DNA from: Roseibacillus sp.
GTDB taxonomy: Bacteria > Verrucomicrobiota > Verrucomicrobiia > Verrucomicrobiales > Akkermansiaceae
DNA length: 64,000 nt
Direction: 5' to 3'
Assembly: GCA_051251855.1 (NCBI GenBank)
Contig: JBPOGI010000002.1
Location: 576,001 to 640,000, forward strand
The translations under genes and the position numbers were made by a program. Positions 8,932 to 18,600 of the stretch are shown here, piece by piece; the stretch's first letter is position 1, and each line of letters begins with the position of its first letter. Under the pieces are notes generated by a model. The model was not told where the DNA came from, searched no databases, and worked only from the letters and a program-made list of their open reading frames with translations.

Positions 8932-10488
8932 ATGAGTATGGCGGCAAACGCGATGGAGCGCCTAGATTTGGCGCTAGAAGCTTCAAACGAAGGTATTTGG
9001 GACTGGGATTTCGGGACCGGTACTTTGGATTTTACCGATAGAGTGGGGGAGTTTTTTGAATGCGCCCCCGAGAAAATCCCTAATTTCTTTGAGAATGAGG
9101 AGTTTGTGCACGAAGAGGACCGAATAGAGTTCTTTGAAGCGATTGCTTCGGTGCGGGCAGGTAAGAGTGAGATTCTAGCGGCGGAGCCCCGCTTGCGGTC
9201 TGGGGAGAAACATGATTGGAAATGGTTTCGGGTCCGGGGAGTGCCTGTGATGTATGAAGGGGAGCTTACTGGATTGGCGGGATCGCTGATTGATATTTCG
9301 CTGCGGAAGCGAGCGGAACAGGAACTTCTGGAAGAGCGGCATCTGACCCAGACCTTGGTGGAGAACGTTCCGCTTCAGATTTACTTTAAAGACAAGAAAT
9401 CGCGCTTCACGATGGTGAACACGCCGATGGCACGGTGGACCGGTTTTGAAAAACCACTCGAATTGATTGGTAAGACCGATGCCGATCTCTTTGGAGATGA
9501 GCATTCGCAAAAGGCTTTGCAGGATGAATTGAATATTCTGGAAACGGGAAAAGCTCTAGAGGCGGTGGTCGAGAAGGAGACCTGGTCGGGACGGGGGGAT
9601 ACTTGGGTGCTGACTACCAAGATGCCCTATCGTAATCGGCGTGGGGAGCTGATGGGAACTTTCGGAGTTTCTAGCGATGTAACAGAGCTGGTGCGTATTC
9701 AACGGTCTCTTGCGGAGATGGCGGCACAGCTCAAGGAGAGGAACGAGGCTTATGAAGAGGAGATGTCTTTGGCTCGCGAGATTCAACAAGGATTGTTGCC
9801 GAGCGATTACCCTGCCTTCGAGGATGCGCAGTTTGGTCACCGGTATTTACCAATTTCGGGTCTCGCTGGTGATTTCTTTGATGTCGTGGAGTTGGGAGAA
9901 GATCAAGTGGGGCTTTTGATTTGCGATGTCATGGGGCATGGCGTCCGTTCAGCCTTAGTAGCTAGTTTGCTCCGAGGTCTGGTCTCACAATCGATGGGTG
10001 TCGCTCATCAACCAGATGAGTTTTTGAGTTCTTTGAACGCAGGATTGGTGAGCTTTTTAAAAAAGGCGGGAGTGACGATGTTTGCGACCGCGTTCTACGT
10101 CGTCGTGGACCGTAAGGTTGGGAAGATTCGCTATGCGAGCGCGGGCCACCCTGCGGGGATCATGAGCAATGGCGACGGCGCGAGTCTACTCCCCTTGGGC
10201 GGGCGGGGCAAAGGGCCGGGGCTGGGGCTACTTCCTGAGGCTTCTTACGGTGTGGAATCAGTCCCTCTACAGGGAGTAAAGACCTTACTGCTCTTTACCG
10301 ATGGAATTTATGAAGTGGAGAATTCGGACGGAGAAGCCTTCCTTCAGAATCGTCTCGTTCAGACGGTAGGTCGTGCGCATGGTGCGGACCTTGAGAAACA
10401 ACTGGATGCCATTCTTTACGAGGTGAAAGGTTTCACCGAAGGGGGTGGCTTTGACGATGATGTTTGCCTTTTGGGAATGAGTCTTTGA
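8932..10488 (+). CDS. PAS-PAS / SpoIIE (PP2C, RsbU-like) protein phosphatase
   Basis: ASNEGIWDWD PAS, second PAS (IYFKD...GKTD), coiled coil, then GDFFD, DVMGHG, FTDG, DDVCLL. Start may be the ATG at 8938. Confidence 0.92.
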   Translation: MSMAANAMERLDLALEASNEGIWDWDFGTGTLDFTDRVGEFFECAPEKIPNFFENEEFVHEEDRIEFFEAIASVRAGKSEILAAEPRLRSGEKHDWKWFRVRGVPVMYEGELTGLAGSLIDISLRKRAEQELLEERHLTQTLVENVPLQIYFKDKKSRFTMVNTPMARWTGFEKPLELIGKTDADLFGDEHSQKALQDELNILETGKALEAVVEKETWSGRGDTWVLTTKMPYRNRRGELMGTFGVSSDVTELVRIQRSLAEMAAQLKERNEAYEEEMSLAREIQQGLLPSDYPAFEDAQFGHRYLPISGLAGDFFDVVELGEDQVGLLICDVMGHGVRSALVASLLRGLVSQSMGVAHQPDEFLSSLNAGLVSFLKKAGVTMFATAFYVVVDRKVGKIRYASAGHPAGIMSNGDGASLLPLGGRGKGPGLGLLPEASYGVESVPLQGVKTLLLFTDGIYEVENSDGEAFLQNRLVQTVGRAHGADLEKQLDAILYEVKGFTEGGGFDDDVCLLGMSL

Positions 10489-10518
10489 GGTCTGAATCCT
10501 CCTCTAAGCGCGTTGATG

Positions 10519-11712
10519 TTAGAGAGTGTGGCCCATCTTCTCTTTCTTGGTGTCGAGGTAGGCTTGGTTATCAGGATTGGAAGGGAGTTTGAGAGGGACT
10601 TGCTCAACGATCTCGAGTCCGTAGCCTTCTAGGCCGACTACCTTCTTGGGGTTGTTCGTGAGGAGCCGGATTTTGCTGACACCGACATCGGCGAGAATCT
10701 GCGCGCCCATGCCGTAGTCACGCAGGTCTGCGGCGAAGCCCAGTTTTTCATTGGCTTGCACGGTGTCGAGGCCCTGCTCTTGGAGCTTGTATGCGTGAAT
10801 TTTGGCGGGGAGTCCAATGCCGCGACCTTCTTGACGAAGATAGAGTAGCACACCGCCTTGTTCGGATATTTGCTTCATCGCAGTGTGCAGCTGGCCGCCG
10901 CAATCACAGCGACGGGAACCAAAAACGTCGCCGGTGAGGCATTCGGAATGAACTCGGACTAAAGTCGGTTTCTCGGGGTCGATGTCGCCTCGGACGAGAG
11001 CGAGGTGGTGGCTCTGGTCGAGAAGAATGCGATAGAGGTGGCACGTGAAGTCGCCGTAGTCGGTCGGTAGCTTAATGACTTCCTCGCACTCGACGAGTTT
11101 TTCGAAGTGACGTCGATACTCAATGAGCTGTGCGATGGTGCAGGCTTTCAGCCCATGCTTCTCTTGGTAGGAGCCGAGTTCTCCTACGCGGGCCATCTCG
11201 CCATCGTCACCCATGATTTCGCAGATGACACCGGCTTCGGGAAGGCCAGCGAGGCGGGCCAGGTCGATAGCGGCTTCGGTGTGGCCTGCCCGGCGTAGGG
11301 TGCCTCCGGGCATGGCTTGGAGAGGAAAGATATGGCCAGGTTGTACCAGTGAATCTGGCGTCGCGGCAGGGTCGGTAAGGAGCTGGATGGTGCGCGCTCG
11401 GTCACCAGCAGAGATTCCGGTGGTAATGCCGGTAGTAGCATCGACTGAAACGGTGAAAGCGGTTTTCTGATTTTCGCGATTGCGCGGCGTCATCGGAGGT
11501 AGATTGAGGGCGGTGGCACGCTCGGCGGTAATGGGGGCACAGATAAGGCCTCTTCCATGGGTTGCCATGAAGTTGATCATCTCGGGCGTGGCGAGAGAAG
11601 CGGCCCCGATGAGGTCGGCTTCGTTTTCGCGCTCGGGATCGTCTGCAACGATCACGATTTTGCCGGCGGCAATGTCGGCGATGATTTCAGGAATGGGATG
11701 GAAAGTGAGCAT
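10519..11712 (-). CDS. ribBA: Bifunctional DHBP synthase / GTP cyclohydrolase II
   Basis: DDPERENEADL, RAGHTEA, RVHSECLTGDVFGSRRCDCG, QEGRGIG, LLTNNPKK. Confidence 0.97.
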   Translation of the reverse strand: MLTFHPIPEIIADIAAGKIVIVADDPERENEADLIGAASLATPEMINFMATHGRGLICAPITAERATALNLPPMTPRNRENQKTAFTVSVDATTGITTGISAGDRARTIQLLTDPAATPDSLVQPGHIFPLQAMPGGTLRRAGHTEAAIDLARLAGLPEAGVICEIMGDDGEMARVGELGSYQEKHGLKACTIAQLIEYRRHFEKLVECEEVIKLPTDYGDFTCHLYRILLDQSHHLALVRGDIDPEKPTLVRVHSECLTGDVFGSRRCDCGGQLHTAMKQISEQGGVLLYLRQEGRGIGLPAKIHAYKLQEQGLDTVQANEKLGFAADLRDYGMGAQILADVGVSKIRLLTNNPKKVVGLEGYGLEIVEQVPLKLPSNPDNQAYLDTKKEKMGHTL

Positions 11713-11849
11713 GTCGTTCGGTCGGGGAGGGCACCATAAATGTTCTGGGTAAGTTAGCGAATGTTTTTGTAAAATGCAGAGACTCTCAAACCAAAGGCGA
11801 TTTGGCTTGCCGCTGCCACCCCTCAGGCGATACCTCTACTCCTGTCATC

Positions 11850-11931
11850 GCCGAGATGGTGGAATTGGTAGACACGCCTGGTTTAGGTTCAGGTGCCGCA
11901 AGGTGTGCAGGTTCGAGTCCTGTTCTCGGTA
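11850..11931 (+). tRNA. tRNA-Leu, anticodon TAG
   Basis: Acceptor stem GCCGAGA/TCTCGGT; D arm TGGTGGAATTGGTAGACAC; anticodon arm CCTGG-TTTAGGT-TCAGG; long variable arm; T loop GGTTCGAGTCC; CCA not encoded. Confidence 0.95.
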
Positions 11932-11960
11932 TTTTCATTTTTAAACAACCCCCAACTACT

Positions 11961-12158
11961 ATGGAAGAACTCAAACAAAAGCTGTCGGAAGCCCTCAACC
12001 TCGATGAAGATATGGCCCAAAAAGGTGTCGATACCGTTCTCGAATTCCTCAAGGGCAAGCTCCCTGAAAATCTTCACGGATTTCTCGACAATCTTGACGG
12101 AGATGGAGCTGCTGATTCAGCTTTAGACGCCGTGAAGGGTCTTTTTGGAGGTAAGTAG
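11961..12158 (+). CDS. Small acidic helical conserved hypothetical protein (65 aa)
   Basis: MEELKQKLSEALNLDEDMAQKGVDTVLEFLKGKLP...VKGLFGGK. The ORF-track start at 11802 overlaps the tRNA and was trimmed. Confidence 0.8.
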   Translation: MEELKQKLSEALNLDEDMAQKGVDTVLEFLKGKLPENLHGFLDNLDGDGAADSALDAVKGLFGGK

Positions 12159-12244
12159 CCTCTCGTTTCGGATGACCGAAGTTTCTTCGGGTATTCCTTG
12201 GTTTACGTTTGGACCGTTTGGGTTCAAAAAGCTAAAATTCCAGC

Positions 12245-12829
12245 ATGAAAATCGTTCACTTGTTGACGTTCTGTGCCAGCTTCGCGCTGATTGCGTGCTC
12301 GGGCTCAGGGGGGAGTAAGGCGATTTACCATCCGGATGTGGGGCCTTTTGATGAGAACGGCGACTATGTGGTGGCTCTGGCGGATGCTCCGGTGAGGAAG
12401 AATATTTTTTCCCGTAGTAAGAAGCCAAAGGCTGCGCCGAAACCAAAAAAGGTGGAGGCTCCAAAACCTGCTCCTGTTCAAAGAGTTGCTCAGGTTGCTC
12501 CACCGACTCCTGCGCCGCGACCAGTGGCGCCAGTCCGCTCAGCACCCCCTCGAACGGTGGTAATCGCCCAGTCGCCTAGGCCTCAGACGACTCAAGCTGT
12601 GCCCGTTGTTCGTGCGCAACCCAAGCCAGTGGCGGCACCAGCCCCCGCGCCGAAGCCAGTGGTGATGAAGCCGAAGAAAAAGGCTCCTGTGCGCCATCTG
12701 GTGAGGAAGTCAGATACGCTCTATGGGCTCAGTCGGAAATACGGAGTTTCGGTGGGGTCGATTCAGCGTGCAAACAGCATCAAGGGGTCGACGATCGTGA
12801 CCGGGAAGACGCTGTTGATTCCTCGCTAG
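12245..12829 (+). CDS. LysM-domain lipoprotein
   Basis: Lipobox LIAC, Pro/Ala/Lys-rich linker, C-terminal LysM (HLVRKSDTLYGLSRKYGVSVGSIQRAN). Confidence 0.9.
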   Translation: MKIVHLLTFCASFALIACSGSGGSKAIYHPDVGPFDENGDYVVALADAPVRKNIFSRSKKPKAAPKPKKVEAPKPAPVQRVAQVAPPTPAPRPVAPVRSAPPRTVVIAQSPRPQTTQAVPVVRAQPKPVAAPAPAPKPVVMKPKKKAPVRHLVRKSDTLYGLSRKYGVSVGSIQRANSIKGSTIVTGKTLLIPR

Positions 12830-13017
12830 GATAGCATTTCCTGGGAGTCGGAGACGATATCCTCAGCAAAAGAGGGTGAAGTCTGTTGTGTCGTTTCTTC
12901 GTTTCCAACGAAAGGTCAATTTGATGAGGTTGAGGGTATTGAAATTTGCGGTTGCATACTGACCGGCCAACTATTTTCGAACTATTGGATATCAACCGCT
13001 GGGACTGATCACTTCAG

Positions 13018-14607
13018 CTATTTACCCCATCGCTTGCGGGTTGAGTAGACAACAAGGCCGATGGCGACGAGGGGGAGTAGGCTCGCGAGTGAGGGAGTGA
13101 GTCCCAGTCCGATGGGTAGGTAGCCGAACAAAACGGCGCATCCAGATGCGAGGAGGGCATAGGGAAGTTGGGTGGCAACATGGCGCGTAGTGGTGATGTC
13201 GCAGGCGAGGGCGCTCACTATCGTGGTGTCGCTGAAGGGGCTGGCGTGGTCGCCGAATACGGCCCCTCCAAATACGGCTGCGATGATGGCCGGCAAAAGG
13301 GGCGCGACCGTGGCAGGGTCCAGGGAATGCTCACCTGTCATGGAAAGGAAGGTTCCAAGGGCGAGAGGCATGAGGAGAGCCATCGTTCCCCAAGAGGTGC
13401 CTGTGGAAAAGGCGATGAGGCAGCCAAGAATGAAGGTGGCGCCGGGGAGGTAGCTCACTTGAAAGCGGTCGCCGAGGAGGCTGGCGAGATAGTCGCCAGT
13501 TTTGAGCTCTGAGAGCGTGGAGCCGAGGGTCCAAGCCATTACTAAAACAACTAAGGCGGGAAGGAGGGAGCGCACTCCTGAGGGAATGGCGGAGAGGGCT
13601 TCTTTCTTTTTCTGGGGAAAGAAGGCGAGGGCACCGAGAATCGAAAGCGCTCCAGCTAGCAAGAGGGCGTAGGGGCCAAGGCTGGTTGCAAAGGCATTCT
13701 GAATGTCGCCGAGGGAGGTTGGAAACCACTTGCCGCCACCCAATACCCAGAACGATAAGGGGACTGAGAGAACCAGGACTGCGATGGGGCCAATCGCGGA
13801 GCGGAGAATGTTGGATTGATTGTCTCCGGTTGAGAAAGTGGGGGGCTTCGGAGTGACTTGGGCTTTGGCACGGTCCATGGGAGGAGGGTTCCAGTTCCAT
13901 CGGGCGGCAAGAAAGACGAGGAGAAGAGAGCCGAGGCAATAGAAGTTGGTCGGAATCGATTGCAGAAAGTAGAGATAGGCAGGCTCGGTGAAGGGGGTGC
14001 CTTCGAGCTCGCTCGCGATGAGAGTGAGCTGAAAGACTGACCAAGTGGAGAGAAAGGCCACGCAAGCGACGGCGGACGAGGTGGTGTCCACGAGGTAGGC
14101 AAGTTTTTCGCGTGAGAGCCCGGCTTGATCTGCAAGGGAGCGCCCCACTCTTCCCAGCATAAGGGCGTTGGCGAGGCCATCGAAAAAGCAAACCAGTCCG
14201 AGGCCCACGATGGAAACTTGTAGCCGTGATGATGAATCGGATTCGGTTTTGGACCATCTTTGAAGAAGACCCGCTAAGGCGCCAGAGCGCTCGACTATGG
14301 CCGCAAAGGCTGCGAGCAGAAGGGTGAAAATAAGGGCTGACCAATGCCAAGTACTGGTGAGCGCGGGCCAAAGGTGCTCGGTGAGGAGTCGGATGGGGGA
14401 GGTGATTGGCGAGCTCGCATCGATGAGGAGGACGCCAGCGAGGCTCCCTGCCAAGAGACTGAGCCCAGCTCGTCCAGTGAGGGCAAGGAGTGCCAGCGCA
14501 ATCAGGGGAGGGAGGATGGGTTGAGGACGTTCGGTAAAAAATAGAATCACCAAGATTGCTACCAGAATGAGGGAAAAGAAGAGGAGAGACCCTTTGGACA
14601 GCTTCAT
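13018..14607 (-). CDS. Na+/H+ antiporter NhaC-family transporter
   Basis: Polytopic membrane protein with SREKLAYLVDTTS, FSTGTSWGT, GAVFGDHASPFSDTTIVS, HVATQLPYAL. Confidence 0.9.
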   Translation of the reverse strand: MKLSKGSLLFFSLILVAILVILFFTERPQPILPPLIALALLALTGRAGLSLLAGSLAGVLLIDASSPITSPIRLLTEHLWPALTSTWHWSALIFTLLLAAFAAIVERSGALAGLLQRWSKTESDSSSRLQVSIVGLGLVCFFDGLANALMLGRVGRSLADQAGLSREKLAYLVDTTSSAVACVAFLSTWSVFQLTLIASELEGTPFTEPAYLYFLQSIPTNFYCLGSLLLVFLAARWNWNPPPMDRAKAQVTPKPPTFSTGDNQSNILRSAIGPIAVLVLSVPLSFWVLGGGKWFPTSLGDIQNAFATSLGPYALLLAGALSILGALAFFPQKKKEALSAIPSGVRSLLPALVVLVMAWTLGSTLSELKTGDYLASLLGDRFQVSYLPGATFILGCLIAFSTGTSWGTMALLMPLALGTFLSMTGEHSLDPATVAPLLPAIIAAVFGGAVFGDHASPFSDTTIVSALACDITTTRHVATQLPYALLASGCAVLFGYLPIGLGLTPSLASLLPLVAIGLVVYSTRKRWGK

Positions 14608-14754
14608 CGCGCGATATCTTCGTTTTTGAGGGCGCAGGAGGCAAGAGTGAGGTGAAAAACTCTCGTTTTCTCTCTGTTTTGCTGAAAAAGTTCAAGAAAG
14701 AGCCGATTTTGTGATAATTGTGACTTTTTTTCCGGTAGGAAAGGGTTGCGGAGG

Positions 14755-14770
14755 TGGCACAATTGTTGCA
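14755..14770 (+). promoter_or_regulatory. Sigma54 (-24/-12) promoter
   Basis: TGGCACAATTGTTGCA matches the TGGCAC-N5-TTGCW consensus; 13 nt before the ATG at 14784. Confidence 0.7.
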
Positions 14771-14783
14771 TTTGACCCTTGTC

Positions 14784-15443
14784 ATGATCGACCCGACCCC
14801 CGCCAAAAGCGCAAACGAGCCGACCGGAGCAAGTCTCATTCTTCCCTCTACCGCGAACGTCACACCCCGCCGACGTTTTCTCGCGACTGCTGGTATCGTT
14901 ACCGGTAGCCTCGCAATGAGTGTTCAGAACTCCAACGCGTTTTTCTTTTTCGGGGGCAGCAAGGCAGACTTTAATACTGATGACTTACCTCAGGAATGGG
15001 TTCAGCAGCAGGGTAAAGAGTTACAAGGTTACGCCCGTCATATCGCCAAGCACCGTTTGGAGAAACTGACAGTTCAACAGGTTATCAAGGCCCACGCCCG
15101 CCAGAAGGGGACGGTTTGGAACAATATTCCGCCTCGTTCGATGTGGGACAGCATGATTCCTACTCTCCAAGCTGCAGACAAAGTCGCAGTTGCGCTCGGC
15201 TCCGATCTTAAGGAGGTGACTTCAGCTTATCGTTGTCCCGCCTACAATGCCCGTTGTCCTGGTGCCAAGCCACGTTCTTACCATCAGCAAAATGTGGCGT
15301 TGGACTTGATGTTCAATACCTCCCAGTCTCGGGTCGCTCGTGTTGCCCGCGAATTGAGAAATAACGGTCTCTTTAAAGGTGGAGTGGGACGCTACAGTCT
15401 CTTCACCCACATCGACACCCGCGGATATAACGCGGATTGGTAG
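14784..15443 (+). CDS. Peptidase M15A (D-Ala-D-Ala carboxypeptidase/YcbK-like) with Tat signal
   Basis: RRRFL Tat motif; SAYRCPAYN, SYH....ALD, GGVGRY..FTHIDTRG. Confidence 0.85.
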   Translation: MIDPTPAKSANEPTGASLILPSTANVTPRRRFLATAGIVTGSLAMSVQNSNAFFFFGGSKADFNTDDLPQEWVQQQGKELQGYARHIAKHRLEKLTVQQVIKAHARQKGTVWNNIPPRSMWDSMIPTLQAADKVAVALGSDLKEVTSAYRCPAYNARCPGAKPRSYHQQNVALDLMFNTSQSRVARVARELRNNGLFKGGVGRYSLFTHIDTRGYNADW

Positions 15444-15494
15444 TGCAAAGCTTGCAAGATTGATTTCCTCCGGTCTTTTTCGCAAAGTTGACCG

Positions 15495-15965
15495 ATGCAG
15501 GTCAAGAAGAGGCAAAAGAAGGTGTTCTTGTTTGGCTCGGGTGCCTTTTTGTTGCTTGTCATCATTTTTGTCCTAGCGACTGATTCGGACCCTGCAAGGA
15601 GGGTGATGAGAGAACAAGGAGTGCCGGTTCCAAAAAGTGCATCGAAAATCGTATGCGGTGGGGATGCTGCTGCCTGGAAACGAGTTTTTGGTTTTCCCGA
15701 TTGTGGTGCTATTGCCACCTTAGAGATGCCAGCTTCAGACCTTAGTGGCTTGCTGAGTGCATTGACGGTTCTCAAAACTTCGGCGGGAGTGGGTGATACC
15801 GTGGTTCCGGTGAATCCACAGTATGCCGTTGCCGCTTCATGGGCAGCGACTTCCCCGGATACTTCCTATCATTGTAGTTCCCCCAAAGGGGATTTTCTGA
15901 CGGTGAGGATGTGGAGCATTTCGGCCACCCAAGTGGGTGTTCTTCTGTATACGGACTGGAATTGA
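15495..15965 (+). CDS. Hypothetical membrane-anchored protein
   Basis: 156-aa ORF with N-terminal hydrophobic helix; upstream TTGATT-N17-CAAAGT; no family recognised. Confidence 0.6.
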   Translation: MQVKKRQKKVFLFGSGAFLLLVIIFVLATDSDPARRVMREQGVPVPKSASKIVCGGDAAAWKRVFGFPDCGAIATLEMPASDLSGLLSALTVLKTSAGVGDTVVPVNPQYAVAASWAATSPDTSYHCSSPKGDFLTVRMWSISATQVGVLLYTDWN

Positions 15966-16073
15966 GATGGGGCCAGCGATTGCAGGCGGCTGAAAACGAG
16001 AGGGATGGGTGGAAGGTCCAAGGACGATTGTGTTTGGCTTTTCGGATGGGGTTCTTATCAATGGGTGTAGCGC

Positions 16074-16457
16074 GTGAGTGGCAGCTTGATGACGGTGGAA
16101 GACTTTATAAAGCGATATGAGAAGGCTCTTGCGACGCAGAAATGGGAGAACGTCTCACCCTTGATTCACGAGAAGTGTGTGGTCACGTTTTCCAATGGAA
16201 ACCGGTATTATGGTAAGGAACAGATCGAGCAGGCTTTCCAAAAAAACTTTGACCTTATTAAGGGCGAGAGTTTTTCGATTTCAGAATTGAGCCAGGGGGT
16301 GAGCACTGAGCACTTTGCGGTCTGCACCTACAGTTATGAGTGGTCTGGAGAAATTGCGGGAGAGATGATTTCGGGGACTGGACTTGGTACTTCGGTGTTG
16401 ATGCGAGTTGATTCTGGTTGGCAGTTCGTTTCGGAGCACTTGGGCTCGAAGGGATGA
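16074..16457 (+). CDS. NTF2-like (SnoaL/DUF4440) protein
   Basis: Size and pattern: F..RYE.AL...W, GKEQI...F, GTSVL....GWQFVSEHL. Confidence 0.8.
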   Translation: MSGSLMTVEDFIKRYEKALATQKWENVSPLIHEKCVVTFSNGNRYYGKEQIEQAFQKNFDLIKGESFSISELSQGVSTEHFAVCTYSYEWSGEIAGEMISGTGLGTSVLMRVDSGWQFVSEHLGSKG

Positions 16458-16544
16458 TGAGAAAGGGCTGTTGATTGTGATGCGACCGTGGGTTGCTTTG
16501 AGCGGGGAACTGTGAAGAATGTGGGAGTTCTGACGAACTGAATT

Positions 16545-17174
16545 ATGAAATCCTTACCAAGATTCCTTGCCGGGGCTGCTTTGGCGGCTAGTGCCTTATT
16601 TCTCGCTTCCTGCGGTAATACAACTCCCACCTCTAACACACCTGGGTCTTCCTTTTCTTTTACTCCCAAGGTGACTCAGCCCACAAACCGTTCTGCGGTT
16701 CGGGTTGCAATTAGCACGAGCGCTAATCGTCTTTACGTTGTTGAAGGTGATAAAGTTCTCATGGTGACTCCTGCCGGAATTGGTAAATCTTCCTCTCCGA
16801 CTCCAAAAGGAACGCATCGTATTACCTCCAAGACCAAGAATCGTCGTCGTCAAGGTCAACCTGGTCGCGGTTACCCGATGACTTATTGGATGTCCTTCTA
16901 CAGCCCTGCGTATGGAATGCACTGGGGCTTCGTTAAGCCTTACCCTTGCACAGCCGGTTGTGTTCGCCTGCCTTTGAAATCTGCCAAGGCGGTATTTGAT
17001 ATGGTTCAGGTTGGAACCAAAGTGAATGTGGCGACCAGCCAGCCTTGGGATTCTACTCTTGGGAAGTCTGTCCCTAACGTGGACGATACTCCTCTTCCCA
17101 ATCCTCCCAATTCTTATATGCAAAGTCAGAAGGTCTTTGATGATGCCGAGCAGGGCAAGATGTGGACCTTCTAA
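16545..17174 (+). CDS. L,D-transpeptidase (YkuD family) lipoprotein
   Basis: Lipobox LASC; PTPKG; YGMHWG......TAGCVRL carries the catalytic His and Cys. Confidence 0.9.
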   Translation: MKSLPRFLAGAALAASALFLASCGNTTPTSNTPGSSFSFTPKVTQPTNRSAVRVAISTSANRLYVVEGDKVLMVTPAGIGKSSSPTPKGTHRITSKTKNRRRQGQPGRGYPMTYWMSFYSPAYGMHWGFVKPYPCTAGCVRLPLKSAKAVFDMVQVGTKVNVATSQPWDSTLGKSVPNVDDTPLPNPPNSYMQSQKVFDDAEQGKMWTF

Positions 17175-17200
17175 GGTTCTCGTTGCAAACCACTTCAATC

Positions 17201-17230
17201 AAAAGGCGGGCCGAATGGTCCGTCTTTTTT
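17201..17230 (+). terminator. Intrinsic terminator
   Basis: AAAAGGCGGGCC-gaat-GGTCCGTCTTTTTT. Confidence 0.8.
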
Positions 17231-17290
17231 GTGTCCAGCCAACTGGATTGGCGGTCGTGTTTTCGGTTTTCTCATTTAGTATCCACCTCA

Positions 17291-18544
17291 ATGTTGCAGA
17301 AGCAGAAATCGTCGAAGACGAGCGTAAGTGAGCGACGCAATGGTCGATTCCTGATCTTGACTCAAATCATCAGCAAGCTGGGGGATATCTTAAGTAACCC
17401 AAAGACGGTGTTGACTTGGTTGATGGGGGTGGTGGGAGCACCGCCGGTATTGACCTCGTTCTTGGTTCCGATTCGAGAGTCGGGATCGATGTTGCCGCAG
17501 TTGTTTATCTCAGGACTGGTTAAGCGGGTGCCACAGCGCAAGTGGGTGTTCGCTGCGGGAGGAGTGGGCCAGGCGATGAGCGTGATGGCGATGGGATTAT
17601 CGGCGCTTTTCTTGGAAGGAGTGCTGGCGGGTTGGGCTATTGTGTTGAGTTTGGTTGTTTTCTCGCTCGCACGTTGTCTGAGTTCAATTGCCTCCAAAGA
17701 AGTGTTAGGGAAGACGATTGCCAAGGGAAGGCGAGGTCGTATCTCAGGGATTGCCGGTTCGGTGTCGGGTTTGTTTGCGCTCAGTGGGGCTTTGTTTGTT
17801 CTGCTAGGTCTGGAAAGGGATGCGGGGAAGGCGGCTTACGGATGGTTTCTCGTGGGAGGCGCTGGACTCTTTCTCGTGGCGGCTTTTGTGATGACGCTTG
17901 TTCAGGAAGAGCGTTCCGAGGTGATAGAGGCCGATTTCGGAGGGGATCTTAAGAAACGGTTAGGATTGGTCTGGAGCGATCGTGTACTCCGCCATTTCGT
18001 GCTAGCGAGGACGTTTCTGTTAGGCTCTGCTTTGGCGTCTCCCTATTTGGTAGTTCTTTCGCAACAGCAGGGGTTCGACCTGCGTTCTTTAGCTGGATTC
18101 GTTCTGGCGGGAGGGCTCGCTTCGGCGGTGAGCTCAATTCTTTGGGGGAGGTTGAGTGATCGTTCGAGCCGCATAGCAATGATGATGGGAGGGGGGATTG
18201 CGGCGGGAGTCGGTTTGACGGGGGTCGTCATCGTGGGAGGAGCAGGAACTTTGGCTCGTGAGATTTGGATTTGGCCGCTGCTATTTTTCTTAATAAACTT
18301 GGGGTATGCGGGGGTAAGGATTGGCCGCAAAACCTATGTCGTGGATGTGAGCGGGGACGAAAACCGGATCGACTATGTGTCGGCGAGTAATACCTTGATC
18401 GCGCTGATGCTTCTTGCTCTGGGCGGAGTGGGGGCCGCTATTCAGTCAGTAGGAACAGTGTGGGCTTTGGCGTTCTTCTCGGTGTTGTCTTTACTGGGAA
18501 GCGTGCTGGCGTTGGGCCTAAAAAAGGTGAAGGCTGGGGAATAA
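17291..18544 (+). CDS. MFS transporter
   Basis: About 12 hydrophobic segments, LVPIRESGSMLPQL, WGRLSDRSSR. Start moved to the ATG at 17291, downstream of the terminator. Confidence 0.85.
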   Translation: MLQKQKSSKTSVSERRNGRFLILTQIISKLGDILSNPKTVLTWLMGVVGAPPVLTSFLVPIRESGSMLPQLFISGLVKRVPQRKWVFAAGGVGQAMSVMAMGLSALFLEGVLAGWAIVLSLVVFSLARCLSSIASKEVLGKTIAKGRRGRISGIAGSVSGLFALSGALFVLLGLERDAGKAAYGWFLVGGAGLFLVAAFVMTLVQEERSEVIEADFGGDLKKRLGLVWSDRVLRHFVLARTFLLGSALASPYLVVLSQQQGFDLRSLAGFVLAGGLASAVSSILWGRLSDRSSRIAMMMGGGIAAGVGLTGVVIVGGAGTLAREIWIWPLLFFLINLGYAGVRIGRKTYVVDVSGDENRIDYVSASNTLIALMLLALGGVGAAIQSVGTVWALAFFSVLSLLGSVLALGLKKVKAGE

Positions 18545-18577
18545 AAAAGCCCTTCGAGGTTTTCACCAAGAAGGGCT
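18543..18577 (-). terminator. Intrinsic terminator after pdhC
   Basis: AGCCCTTC ... GAAGGGCT stem with a T tract on the minus strand, between convergent genes. Confidence 0.7.
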
Positions 18578-18600
18578 GAGAGTGGGTTTCAAGGCTGGGC

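Noticed and set aside
11713..11849. FMN riboswitch upstream of ribBA
   Set aside because: Conserved RFN blocks not found.
11850..11931. tRNA-Leu as an island integration site
   Set aside because: No integrase and no convincing duplication of the tRNA 3' end seen in the window.
13331..14863. 510-aa alternative-frame ORF overlapping the NhaC-family gene
   Set aside because: Pro/Arg/Ser-rich frame shadow with no domain features; the NhaC frame explains the sequence.
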